Positions 27,591-40,052 of a stretch of 64,000 nucleotides of DNA are shown here, in pieces; the first letter of the stretch is position 1, and each line of letters opens with the position of its first letter. The DNA is taken from positions 310,001-374,000 of the forward strand of contig NC_043014.1 in assembly GCF_006345805.1 (NCBI RefSeq), given 5' to 3'. The notes beneath the pieces are model-generated. The model searched no databases and was not told where the DNA came from. It was given only the letters and a program-made list of their open reading frames with translations. This DNA is from Octopus sinensis (taxonomy: Eukaryota). The position numbers were made by a program, and so were the translations under genes.

Positions 27591-28059
27591 GTGATTGATA
27601 CCAACTGCTGATATCGATTATTTGCATTTTTTTCTCCAATTCATGAGATAAACCTCTTTAAGAATTATTTATTACCATCCAATTGTAAGTTTATTTACAG
27701 TTTTAATTCTTTGCATCTGTTATTTAGGAACTTTAGATTTACCATTGAAAGTAATCACTTTTCCTTGCTACTCTTTTCTCTATCTGTAAATGTACAGTAT
27801 TCTACCTGTTTCTCAAATGTATCATTGAAATTTGCAAACTGTTTTGTAAATTTTTTATCTGAGGTTAATAGAATTGAATAATTTTCTTTCCCTGATGCAT
27901 TGCTGCATCTTTTTGAAGTTGATTGTGGAGTTCCTTTGTCATTGCCTCATCGAGCTGCTTTTTTTCCTGTTTCAAGTAATTTTAATTTTGATTATTATGA
28001 TTTTCTTATTCTTAACTCAGATTCCAAAGCCCAAAAAACAAGTCAGAAGGTAAAAAGCT

Positions 28060-29160
28060 CTTGAATTTACAGCAAAATTCTCAAAAGAATTTGTACTGAT
28101 TCCCAATAACTAGTTACATTGCAGATTGTGCCTCATTGATGGCAAACACAATAAAAGGCATTTTGTTGAGTTGCATAGAATGAGCAAAAACCATCATCTT
28201 AAAAGGACTATTAAAATTGAACAGCCACCCATCAGTTTAGATTTACTGAGAACACGTTTTGGAGTGCAATGGTGAGCAAAGCATTTCTTGAAGCTGGCAT
28301 TCTTTTGCACAGGCTTACTAATCCAAGTTTGAGAAGTCTCTTTGATTCTATCAAGAAGCTACTGCCATTTCAATCTACGTGCCAAAAATATGTTGATATG
28401 CTTAGTGCAAATCTGGTTGAGAATTGTAAGAGCTGCCTGGCTGATGGAAATGTATTTTTAAATGTTGATGAAAGTGAGATCAATGACAAAAAAATTGTTA
28501 ATGTATTTATTAGTTCAGTTGAAAATGCTCTTAATAGAATGCTTGCCATTTGAATCAGATCCAACTGCTACAATCCCTGCTCAAATCTTTAATGATTTGC
28601 TAAGAAGTATGAGAGTTCAAAGAGAAAATCTCCTACTATTGTCTGATGTTGCTCAGTATATGGTAGCTACTGGAGAAACATTGCAAGTTACGTACCCTAA
28701 GCTCTTCCATGTAACGCGCTTCTCCCTCCTACTGCACAATTGTGCTCTAAAAATAAAGGCTTTCTATCCTCCAGTTGATTGTCTGATTGCCACCATCAAG
28801 GCTGCTACTGTTAAAAGCAAACACTGTTGAAAGTAATTTAGCCACTTGTGACCAAGTCGGGCAGCTGGTTAGATGCCTGCATTTGCTGTAGCAAGGACCT
28901 TACACACGAGTTAGAAAAATTGTGGTTTTGAGGGCAAAAGCATTTTGGTGCAAAGAGTGGAAGAAGCTGTGGGAAATCCTAAGATCAGGACTAACCCCAC
29001 CCGAATCTGTTCCAAATATCTGCTGTTGGAAGAGTTGATTTTGGAAGCTGAATCCTTTCACCAGCCACAATGCTTACAAAAGACAGGAATTTTTGGCCTA
29101 CAAATATGAAGCATTATGACATATCAAACAAGAATCAATTTCCACAAAGTCACTTTCTTC
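28060..29160 (+). pseudogene. Decayed CGGBP1-like / DUF659 hAT-related transposase
   Basis: N-terminal HCRLC…KRHFVELH…H zinc-finger remnant; AFLEAGILLHRLTNPSLR; FLNVDES; LLLLSDVAQYMV…YPKLFHVTRFSLLLHNCA; frameshifted. Confidence 0.72.
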
Positions 29161-29319
29161 AATTGTTTTGATAATACTCGTACATCGTCAAAAACTAGAA
29201 TCTACTCCCCAATGTTTATGGACTTCTTCATTATAATAATAAGGTTAAAGAAGTATGAAAATAAGGTTAAAATCAAACAATTTTTAAGGTAAAATAAATT
29301 GCCTAACTTATTAAATTTG

Positions 29320-29560
29320 TAGATGATATAGGGAAAAACTTTGAGTCATGAAAACAAAATGTGGAATGAGGAAGCCTCACCATAAACTTAGCAGAGGTTA
29401 AAGGTTTAATTAGTAGGAAAGAAGACAGGTCCTTATCATTATCAGTGAAATGGCTCTGACAATAAGGCACATGGAAAGTAGATTCTCTCAGATGCCCAGA
29501 AGTCATTAGTTTCTATTGTTTAGGTGACCTAATTGGCATGGGAGTGGGTATTCTGAAAGC
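29320..29560 (+). mobile_element. Old RTE LINE fragment
   Basis: Resembles the aaacttagcaaagactaaag…gtaggaaagcagacagg segment of other copies. Confidence 0.5.
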
Positions 29561-30825
29561 ATAGGGGCCAAAAAATATGAATAAACTGGGTAAAATTGAA
29601 GGAGCTATTTTACCTCTGCTTGCAATAAAAAGTAGGAGGCAAGCTGTATCCAATACTCGCTTCTTTATCAATCCTTCTTCCCCTCTATTATTCGCTTTGT
29701 GCCAACAATGTCATCAGGGTAAATCATTAGCCCTCTCCGCATTCCGTCCCTCCTGTGCTATCATCCAAATCAGTTTCCTGAGGTTGAATAACAAGGAATT
29801 ACATTGGTTCTGTTGGTATCTGATATAGCCCTCTATTTAGCCCCCTGTTATACTAGCCATCACTTCCATTTCCTCTCATCACTCTCACTATTGCCATCTC
29901 AACTTACTCTCTTCCTCACTTGAAGCATTTATCACTACCTTTCTCTCTCATTATGCACCCTACCATCACTGTCTCTCCTGAGCCAAAAGAACAGAGACAA
30001 TGTAGATTAGTGAGAGCCCTTGTGTTGGGCAAAGAATCTCATTAGTAGTGGTCCTATGGAAATATGCACTTGTTACGCTGTGTGAAAGGATTGGTGAATG
30101 AGCAGAGACAAAGTAAGAGAGTGGGGTGTGGCCTGGGACCTTGATCTGTTAAGGACAGTAACGCTTTCATCACTGAGGTTCATTTATGATTGTTGTTGTC
30201 AGAATGACACAGTGTCCCTAAATAGCTCAGTCCACATACATGTAAAGAAGTACAGTTAAGTGCTGCAAGTAGTGGGGACATTGTTTAATTCGTAAATGTT
30301 TCACTAGATGGCATATCTCACCATTTAAAGAGAAAAGCAGGAGGTCAGCTCTTGCAGGCAGGACCCTAGGCTAGAAGAGATCCTTATTCAGACTTACTGA
30401 CCCTACTCATTCTCAGTCGTATTTATATCAAACAAATTATCTGTTGTCCCCTAAATCTAGTTCTAAAAGACCACCTCTGGAGATACTCCAATCTTTCACT
30501 TCCTCACCTAACAATATTGAGCCAACAATTACCGGTGGTGGTCCCTTTACCATGATTTCTCTCAATATCTAAATGTCCGTTATCCTTATGACATGCTTTT
30601 ACATGTGTTCTCTTCACAAGAAACTAACAGTTCTGTCCACACCACCACCACCACCACAGTATGTAGCCAGTTGTTGATGTATGTAATGTCAGGAATTTAC
30701 CATTACTAAGGTTTCAATGTAAAACGGAGAAGAGGGCAAGCCCTCCTCTTAGGGCCAATGGAGGATTACAAATTGGCTCTTGTACTGTCTAATATCGTAT
30801 GCAAAGTCATGAGCAACATTCTAGA

Positions 30826-30920
30826 CAACTACTGCTACTATTGCTGTTGCTTCTGCTGCTACTACTACTACTATTGCTGTTGCTTCTGCTGCTACTACTA
30901 CTAATAGTAATAATGATAAT
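30826..30920. repeat. CTA/CTG trinucleotide repeat with a 33-bp internal duplication
   Basis: ctactattgctgttgcttctgctgctactacta occurs twice. Confidence 0.9.
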
Positions 30921-30921
30921 A

Positions 30922-31219
30922 GTTTCAAATTTTGGCACAAGGAGTAAGTCACTTACATCAACCCCAGTGCACAACTGGTACTTTTATTTTATCAACCCTG
31001 AAAAGATGAAAGGCAAAGTGAATCTCAGTGGAATTTGAAGACAGATGAAATGCCACTTGGCATTTTGTTTGTCTTTACGTTCTGAGTTCAAATTTCCCTG
31101 AGGTTGACTTTGCCTTTTATCTTTGCAGGGTTAATAAAAGCACCTGTTGAGCCCTGGAGTAAATGTAATTGACTTACCTGCTCCCCTGAAATTTTTGGCT
31201 TTGTGCCAAAATTTGAAAT
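30922..31219. mobile_element. Head-to-head inverted pair of OR/OK-like SINEs
   Basis: Minus copy 30922-31054, 4-nt spacer, plus copy 31059-31219. Confidence 0.8.
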
Positions 31220-31658
31220 CGAGTAATGGTGATAATAATCTGAATCAGATTTGCTTGTCAGTTGCTTGATCTTAACCAGTCTGTCCCTTGGTGGCTGACG
31301 ATATGTGCATCTCTGATCACGAGCAGAAGTAGTTGGGAAGCATCATAGCCATATGTTGAAAGGAATTCTTTGGGGTTTGGATAATTCACCTCTGGAAACA
31401 TGGGTGTTTCATTCATCATCCTTAAACAAATCTTATTCAGAGACCTTTTGAGCAAGATAGGCTACTCACCCTAAAGAAATTCTAACTGGGCCCACCTGCA
31501 AGATCATGCACTGTTTATCTTGATATGAAATCACTGTCACACACATATATGGTTGATGCATTTACCTGGTGTCCCCTTATCAGACAGGTAGTTGTGATGG
31601 GTATGTTGGGCTTTGTATATTTGTACCCCAGTGTCACTTTGGCATGCATTGCTCTCTC

Positions 31659-31690
<32 letters not shown>

Positions 31691-31700
31691 TAATAGTAAT

Positions 31701-31912
31701 AATTTCAAATTTTGGCACAAGGCCATCAATTTCAAAAAAGGAGTAAGTCGATTGCATCAACCCCAGTGTTCAACTGGTACTTACTTGATTGAACCTGAAA
31801 GGATGAAAGGCAAAGTTGACCTTGTTGGAATTTGAACTCAGAATGTAAAGATGGATGAAATACTGCTAAGCATTTTGCCGGTGCGCTAACGGTTCTGCCA
31901 GCTGGCCACCTT
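31701..31912 (-). mobile_element. tRNA-derived OR/OK-like SINE
   Basis: Family core preceded by an (AAT)n run. Confidence 0.8.
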
Positions 31913-33671
31913 AATAATTATAATAACAATATTACTGTCATCACCATTTTTACTCTTCCTTAACTATTCTCACCAACAGTAATGGAGTGAACTAAGTAAC
32001 CTGTATACGGTTGCTCAGTCAGCTAAATATAGCAGTCAAATCTCCCCTAAATCGTACTCTACAGTTTTAAAATAACACAAATTATGTGACTCTAGATACA
32101 TTGAACAAAAGCAGAGTGGTCACGGTTAGAATGTCTTCGGTCTGCTGGATTTAAGTTAACCTGGAGCTAAACAATCACCAGTTGACATTGTTTGGTCTAA
32201 TGTCTTGGTTAAGCAGATATTCCAGTCGCAATCCCCTCATTTTTAGGGCTATCTGATGATTCAGTTCTCTAATGTGTCCTCCCTTGTTTAATCACAAAGA
32301 TCGACCTTCATCAGGCAGATTTATATGAACAAAGACTTGCCAGCTGACATCATCCATTTGTCTTTAGAGTTTATAGGAACACATTAGCTTTTGTATCCTT
32401 CCTTGTTAAGCTGTTTAAAATTAAGTGAAATTCAACTGCTGTTTCTAGTAATTTTGTGCAACCACTTAGAGGCCTTATTTGACCATCAGTAGTTTCCGTT
32501 ACATATGTAGCTACCTTTCAGCTTTCATCAGTATAATTCTGAGAGTGATGACATAGAGTATCAGTCTAGACTCTGCTCTGAGTATTTGACGTATATAATA
32601 ATATAATGTGTATATCTGCTGGTTTAACAAGGGAAATTAGATGTTTAAAATAAACTTCTCTTGTTAAAAGTAATCAATAGCCACACGAATTCCACCAAAT
32701 TATCTCTTTTCTCTGGTCTGGATAAACCTAAAATGGCTGTGAATGTTTCCATGTCTGTCCACCTACAACTAAATATAAAAACTTGTTTGGTGATCTCACA
32801 ACAGATGTAAAAGCAAATGTTAACGTCTGAAATGCAACAGAAATCCTCAAAAGCAGAAACGACATTCAAGGTTGTCATTGATTCTATTTGAAACCATTGA
32901 TCTCTGATCAATCACAATTCTATTTGTGAAATATTACTGTTTCTTTTTTCTTCACTAATAATCTTGTATATTTAAATTTAAAATTATTCAACTAAATCTC
33001 TGTTCAGTGCTGATCTCTCCACACAATCAAGTCAATCAGAAAATCTAATTAACCTTCATCAGCTAAATTACTTTTGAATTTCTCTTAAATATTTTCACTT
33101 GTGGAAATATGAAAGTTCATTGAAGTATTGCTGCTGGCGCCAGATAAAAAGAACCCAGTACACCCTGTAAAGTGGTTGGCATTAGGAAGGGTGTCCGGCT
33201 GTAGAAACCCTGCCGAAACAGACTATGGAACCTGGTGCAGCTCCTGTCAAACCATCCGACCCATGGCAGCATGGCAGACTAATGTTGAACAGCAATGATG
33301 ATCCAGCTATTGTTTTAATCCTCTGTACTGATTATCTTTGTTGTTGGGATGCTGGTTAGCAGTTGTATCCTGACACCAAAGGATTTTCTAGCTGTGTGGT
33401 TCAGAGGTTTACTTTGCAACCATCAGCTTTGGGTTTCAATCCCTCTACTTGGCATTATAAGCAAGCATTTTCTACTATAACACCTGGTTAATCAATGCCT
33501 TCTCTATTGTGGTGACCAATTATGTATGTGTGTGTGTTTTCTGTATTACTGTATGTTTTGTAGGTGTAAACCTCATGCGTATCCTCACATATAGATTAAG
33601 ATCAAAAAGAATTTAAAAGAAATTTGTGTTAACTTATTTTTTATGTACACATACACATGTGTGTGTGTGTA

Positions 33672-33705
<34 letters not shown>

Positions 33706-33712
<7 letters not shown>

Positions 33713-34949
33713 TTCCCAAACTAGTTATGATTAATGAAAAATAACTTATTTACCTAAGTTTTAACATCATCTCCTTCGAAATAGCTCCCTTGTGCAGCAA
33801 TAGACCAGTCCCAAGTGTTCCTGCCACTTTTGGACTCTGGCCTGGAAGTCATCTTCTGTGAGTCAAGAACCTGCTGTGGTTCACACTTGATCTCAACAAT
33901 GGTGTTAAAACAGTGATCTTTGAGATGGAAGACAGCAGGTGCTAAATCTTGTGAATAGGGTAGGGGTGTAAGCAATACCATGTTGGTGTCTTTGGCAAGA
34001 AACTCACGAGAGCTCAGTGACAGGGTGCCTTGTCGTCGTGAAGAACCCAATTCTTTGCACTCCACAGATTGAGTTGCTTTTGCTGAGCATCCTCTTTCAA
34101 ATGCTTCAAAACATCAGAATAGGACTCTCAGTCGACAGTCTGGGCCCAGAGAGAGGAATTCTCGATGGACAATGCTGTGGATGTCAAAAAAAGAAGAAAA
34201 ACAAACAGTGAACATGCTCTTGATTGAGCTGCTACTCTGTCGTACCTTCTTCAGTTGTGGAGATGAAACACTCTTCCATTGCGACAACTTCTGCTTTGTC
34301 TCAGGGTGGTGCCACAGACCCAATTCAGTGATGCTCCTCGACGTGAAAGATGGGTCATCAGCAGCATGCTGACGAAGATCTTAACAGATTTCATCGTGAT
34401 GTTCCTTCTGTTCAGTGGTCAGCAGTTGGGGGCCAAACGTGGCATAAACACACCACATGTTCAATTCAGACATTCAGACATTCAGATTGCCTACATGGAC
34501 CCATATGACATACCAGTGCCGTTGATTGTTCTCTGACTATCCTCATGCACAAGCTGATGAACTTTCTCCACTTCTCCAGAGGTGGTGCTCATGGCAGGTC
34601 TTCCACAGACATTCATTTGCTTTTCAACTGCCTGTGTCACCCAAAACATTGCATATGACCCATTACCTTGTTGCCATAAGTTTGCCGAAACGTGCTCAAT
34701 GTCTCTGAAGCAGACTTCCCAGGTTTAACACAAAATCTCACGTTGGCTCTTTGTTCCAACTTCCTGTCCATGACAAAATCACAGACTACAACATACATGT
34801 GATCACAAAGACATTTCATAACTTACAAAGAAGACACAGTGATGTCACTTGGTACACTGCCTCGTGAAGGTCACTGCTAGCTCTCACTGCACATGCAACC
34901 ATGTGCTACCATCTGTTGGCACACTAAAATAGTTTGGGAGCTTTTTAAT

Positions 34950-34955
<6 letters not shown>
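33706..34955 (-). mobile_element. Decayed mariner transposon, same family as the 13.5-kb copy
   Basis: MDRKLEQRANVRFCVKPGKSASET; WHHPETKQKLSQWKS; PYSQDLAP; ends aaaagttcccaaactag / aatagtttgggagcttttt. Confidence 0.9.
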
Positions 34956-34981
<26 letters not shown>

Positions 34982-35091
34982 GAAAAAACAAGTCAAAAAT
35001 AGAAAATGCTAAAATAATTTTATAGTGAACATTTCAGTACCGGTTTCGGTCATTTTGAGACCTTTTCACTGTATATATATATATATATATA

Positions 35092-35529
35092 CTAGTAGTA
35101 TAGCCCAGCGTTGCTTGGGTTTGTTTTTAGTTGCACTTAAAACAACAGACTTTAATGTCGCGTCAACAAAGTTTTGACATAGTTTCAATCTTTTTTGAAA
35201 AGTAAAAATTTTGCATTATGTAGCTTGTTATTCTCTTTAAGTGAACATTTTTCTGGTTGAAATACACTGAAAAATGGCAACACACCGGAAAAAAAATTGT
35301 AAAATATAGGGATTGTCATAGAAAAAAAGCACCTTTTTGATGTAAATAATTTTTGGTCTTAACATGGACCGATTTGAATTTTTTCTTCTACGGAATGAAG
35401 AGCAAGCCTTCTATCATACTCTCCATTTTGGTCAACTTGCGCCACAGGGTCCCGGAGGAGATAGTGTTAGTTGAAGGCTACCAAACCTGCCACACACACA
35501 AAGACAACTTCAGCTTTATATGTATAGAT
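35092..35529 (+). mobile_element. Non-autonomous Helitron-like (Lep1/HINE-type) element
   Basis: Begins actagtagtatagcccagcgttgcttggg (5' hairpin) and ends ttcagctttatatgtatagat; inserted in a TA run. Confidence 0.55.
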
Positions 35530-35624
35530 ATATATAAAATTTATAAATGTTATGTGAATGATATTTGAAAATGATGAAGACAGGTCTATTCATATATACA
35601 TACATACATACATACAACAGCTGC

Positions 35625-36070
35625 TCACTGGATGTTAACATAAAGCTGAAGATCAGTGAAAAAGAGAATACCTACCTAAACTATTGAGAAGTCTGCAGTT
35701 ACTCTATCCAGATTAAAAGTTCAAGTTTATACCTGTAATTTTTGGGGCACTGAGATTTGTAACACACTGCCTAAATACCAATCTTGAGAAATTAGGCTTC
35801 TCAAAACCAGAAAGGAGAAAGCTGATTCCAAGACTACAGATCCAAACCACTGGAACTGTAAAACTTTCTAGACTTATCTTTTAAGTATATGTCTAGACAT
35901 GAAAGTGTATGCATGAGAAGACATACATAATACAAAACTTACAAATTTGCATACATACATACAAACAAAACTACCCTGTTGTTGATGTTGAAATTCCAAT
36001 GAAGGAGCCTTGGATCTAGGTTAGAACCCAGCTCTTTCTCTATTGGCAAGGAATCTTGAAATAAAATGGA
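35625..36070 (+). mobile_element. 3' end of an RLE-type (R4/Dong/NeSL-like) non-LTR retrotransposon
   Basis: DVNIKLKISEKENTYL…FIPVIFGAL…LEKLGFSKPERRKLI..LQIQTTGTVK, typical of a restriction-like endonuclease C-terminus. Confidence 0.6.
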
Positions 36071-37774
36071 ATAATGACATACATGTGTGTGTGTGTGTCT
36101 GTGTGAAATTAGTAATTTAAATATTTTCCAATAGAAATTTGCAGTTTCAATTTAATTACAATACTACAGTTAACCTACATTTAGCATTTCTGACTGTCAC
36201 TCATTCCCACTCTGTTTGCTATTTTAGTTTCCCTCTACCAGCAGGACCAGAGTGTGAAACACATTGTGTTTTATTACATGTACAATTATTTATATATATA
36301 TATATATATGCAAAGTTAGGCCGAAGAAAAATTCGATGCAGTGTGCAAGAGAGAAGACTGTGATGGTTTGGTCCTGTGATGTGTATGAATGCGGAGAGTT
36401 ACATTACTTAATCTTTCCTTTTGTGTGTCTGGTAGTAAAAAGAGTTCAGTGAACTTGCTATGAGGAGTGAAAAATTCAACATTTTGGATTGTCTTTCTTC
36501 AGGGGAAAAGAGAGAAATAAATGAGACACAGCAAAGTTTTACATCCTCAAAGTAAAAAAAAAAGAAAAATGGTTGTGACTTTGAAGATGTAAAACTCTGC
36601 TCTGTATCGTTTATTTCTCTCCTTTCAGCTTTTTCCAAAAGTACTCTGTCTGAAATCTACTCTTTTTATTGATTTTAATTCCATAATATAAATCTTGCTG
36701 ATGCAGACCTACACCAGACTTTCTGGAGTTGGCATGATCATATGTATCATTCTTGGCTGAGAATCCATCTGAATGGTTATTTCAAATCTTTCATTTAACT
36801 CCTGTTGTTACCTTTTCTCCAAGATACTTTGCAGTCATCCATAATAACAACTTTTGCAAGCAGGAATGACCAATTGCTACCTATTATGTCTCTGCGACCC
36901 TAAGTATTTTAACTCTTTCATTATGAAGTGTTTGTTGAAGTGCGCTGTGGTTTGGTCTCTTAATTTCAAAAATAATGAAGAATTTAGTCAAATATCTTCA
37001 CCATTGTTGCTCTGGTGTTTGAAACATTAATTAGCATGAAATTTTGATGGAAACTTTTAATTTAGATTACTTTCTGTTGAGAAGTTTATATGACAGAACC
37101 AAAGGTGGTCGTAGGTGAATTGGTATGAAAAAGGCTAAACACAATAACATCCATTCGGGATTACTCTTGGTGGTTACTAACCAAGAGTTCCATGTCTTAC
37201 AAAAGTACAATCATCAATGTTGTTATGAGTGTGGCATGGAATTAGGGCCACTAACCTAACATAATTTACCTCTAGGCCTCTATTTAGACATTACTGAAGT
37301 TTTCATATTTCCAGCAGCAGTAATTAAAGATGGTAATCTCAAGGAATAATTTTTTTTTTAAGCACTCACTTGTTACAAGGTCCTTAGACCACTGAAAATG
37401 TAAGACCTTCTAGAATAAAATGGACGCTAGACAGAAGTGAAAAGGTGACGATGTACATTAGACTGAAGAGACTGGAGGTCATATTGAAGAGGAAAGACTG
37501 TGGAAGGGGATCCCAAAGTTCAGAGGTGCAAGGAAAGAAATTGGTACTGTAAAGTGCTTAGGAGTTCTTCTAGAATTTCAGGAATGCTAATTATCCTGCA
37601 TTAATTATGAATAGATCTCACCAAGGCAGAACTTGATTGCATTGTCTTTTTTGTATAATGCTTTCTACAATATTACATAAAAATAAGTATCAGTTGAACA
37701 ATGGGGTTGATGTAATTGATTTACCCCTCCTCCAAAAATTGCTGGCCTGGTGCTAAAATTCGAAACCAATATTA

Positions 37775-38383
37775 CAGGTGTCACTTCGGAGCTTTTCTGT
37801 TTGGTTGCACTTTTTCAAAATTTTAAAATTTGGTGTCAGAAGATAATTCACTTGTTCCAGAAAAAAATTTTTTAAAAAGTTACAGAGGTTTAAAGTTTAA
37901 TCATTTTTATGCAGTTAGAAAACAGGATTTGGAATCTGTCGTTTTCTGCGTGACTGTAATTGTAAGGTGACAAAACAGTAATGTCAACATTGCGATGAAA
38001 GCATGTGTTTTAAGCATTTAATAAGCAAAAAATGAGTAAACAACATATTTTGTAGTTTTAAAAACAGAAAACTGAAACAAATGAATTATGTTTTTTTTTG
38101 TAAACACTCCTAGTTTATACATGAGAGTTCCCAATGATTGGCTTGTTACTATGGAAACAGGCACCTATGTTTATGGCTTTTGAATGGCTAGAATTATCTA
38201 AAACTTGCAATCTTTAAAAGTTATTAACTCTTTATTTATTGATTTATGGTGAAAATGAATTTTATGTCAATAATGAGCATATGCAACTATATCAATACAC
38301 CAAATTTGAAATCAATTGGAACAAAATTAAAGAACTTGGAAAGTGGCAGCCAAGCAGAAAAGATCCATTGTGAATGACAACTG
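37775..38383. mobile_element. MITE with ~40-bp imperfect TIRs
   Basis: ta|caggtgtcacttcggagcttttctgtttggttgcac versus reverse complement of the right end cagttgtcattc…ggatcttttctgcttggctgccac. Confidence 0.7.
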
Positions 38384-39469
38384 ATTCAAGCCACCAAATC
38401 ACATTTTTATTGTTGTTTCTGGACTTAGTGCTTTTTACGAGGCACAAGTGAGGTCAGTTTTGGCAAGGTTTTCACAGCTGGATGCCTTTCCAAATGCCAA
38501 CCACTTTACAGTGTGGACTGGATGTTTTTTAAGTGGCACCTGCACTGAAAGGGTCACCAAGTAACCTGCAAGACAAACATCTTTTGAGAGGAGAAGGAGG
38601 GCATTGGAGGGGGTGATCTTGTGTCAGATGATGAATGGTTATAGAGAGACAGAAACAGGTGTCTTGCTGTAGAGGAGGTACAAGGTTACTTGGCCAGAAA
38701 GAGAGAGAGAGAGAGAGAGAGATCAGGAATGAGGACAAAAATAGGTGTGTTGCTGCAAAGGAGATACCTGGTTACCCAACCTGAGGAAAGTGCAGGAGAA
38801 AGAGAGAGAGAGAGAGAGTGGGAGATAGCAGGATAGAAATGGTGGCAAAGTGCTGGGCATATTCATAAGGGACAGTGATCAGAATAAAAATGGATGGTTG
38901 AGTAAAGGCAGAGGGAGGTATAAATGGTGGGAAGTGCCAGGGCATACCCTTGAGGTTCAAAGGCCATAATATAAGTGGCAGGATATTGCCAAAGAAGCAT
39001 GATCAGAGTGTGGGGAGGGGAAGTGGGTGGCGAAAACCTTGGTATATAGAATTGTGGGGAGGGGGTCTACGGATACAGAGAAATAGGGCTGTGAGGACAG
39101 GGTTGGGGAGTGAGAGGTAGGCATAGTGTATGAAGGAGGAGGAAATGTGGGGAAGAAAGATGTGAAGTGGTTTGTTGGGGGTAGGCGTGTGGAAAGTTTT
39201 CTTGTTATGTGTGGGTGGAATGCAGGTGAGGTGGGGGTGCTAGTGGATAGCAATAATACAGTGAGACAGAACCAAAAGGACGGGATTGGGGAGTGGGGGG
39301 GGGCAGTAAAGAAGTGAAAATGGGAGGAAGAAAAGAGATGCAGTTTGTTTTTTTGTGATAGAGTGTGTGAGAAGTTTTCTTTTTATGTGGGTGGGATACA
39401 GCACTTCTAGAACTCAGTTTTGCTGATGTGGGCAGGTCTTCTCAAGAACCTCATATCTCCAGACATCTT

Positions 39470-39890
39470 GGTCCATTGTCATTTCTTCTTGTGAGACCCA
39501 ACATCCTGAGATAGGTCCTTACCACTTCATCCCATGGGTCTCCCTCTTCTGTGGGTCCCATCCACTTTCAGTGATCAGAACTTCTTTATGCAGCTGCCCT
39601 CATTCAGACGTATCACATGTCCAAACCAACATAGTCTTCTCTCTTGCATGCTACATTTGATTCCTCTTATGCCCAACTTTTCTCTCAATACATTTGCACT
39701 TTGTCGTACATGTGCACTGATGTTGCACATCCAGTGGAGTATATGTTTTCTGCATTCAGAGCCCATGTCCCCCTACCATGGAGTATAGCTGGTCTGCACA
39801 CAAGTATCATACAGTCTACCTTTCGCTCTGAGAGAGAGTCCTTTTGTTGCCAGCAGAGGCAATTTGCTCTCTGAACTTCCTCCATCCTCT
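39470..39890 (-). mobile_element. RTE LINE 3' fragment
   Basis: AILHGRGTWAL; WMCNISAHVRQSANVLREKLGIRGIKCSMQERRLCWFGHV. Confidence 0.85.
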
Positions 39891-39990
39891 ACTTATTCTA
39901 GAAACAATACTTTACAATATTTTATATATAAAGAGAGAGCGAGAGAGAGATGTATGCATAATAAAATGTTATTTCACTTGAATGTTTCAG

Positions 39991-40052
39991 CCAAGATAAA
40001 ACAAATGACTCCAATGGATCAGATGATGTTCAGCTGACAGGACATGCAGAAG
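39991..40052 (+). CDS. USF: USF exon 2 (S-QDKTNDSNGSDDVQLTGHAE-G)
   Basis: gaatgtttcag|C CAA GAT AAA...GAA G|gtattt; 62 nt, converts phase 2 to phase 1 exactly as needed to join exon 1 to exon 3; QDK resembles USF2 HDK. Confidence 0.72.

Noticed and set aside
30799-31038. Poly-Leu membrane-like ORF
   Set aside because: Trinucleotide repeat plus SINE.
39140-39400. ~165-bp-period degenerate direct repeat, considered as a CRISPR-like array
   Set aside because: Only two diverged purine-rich units with no repeat-spacer structure, in a eukaryotic context.
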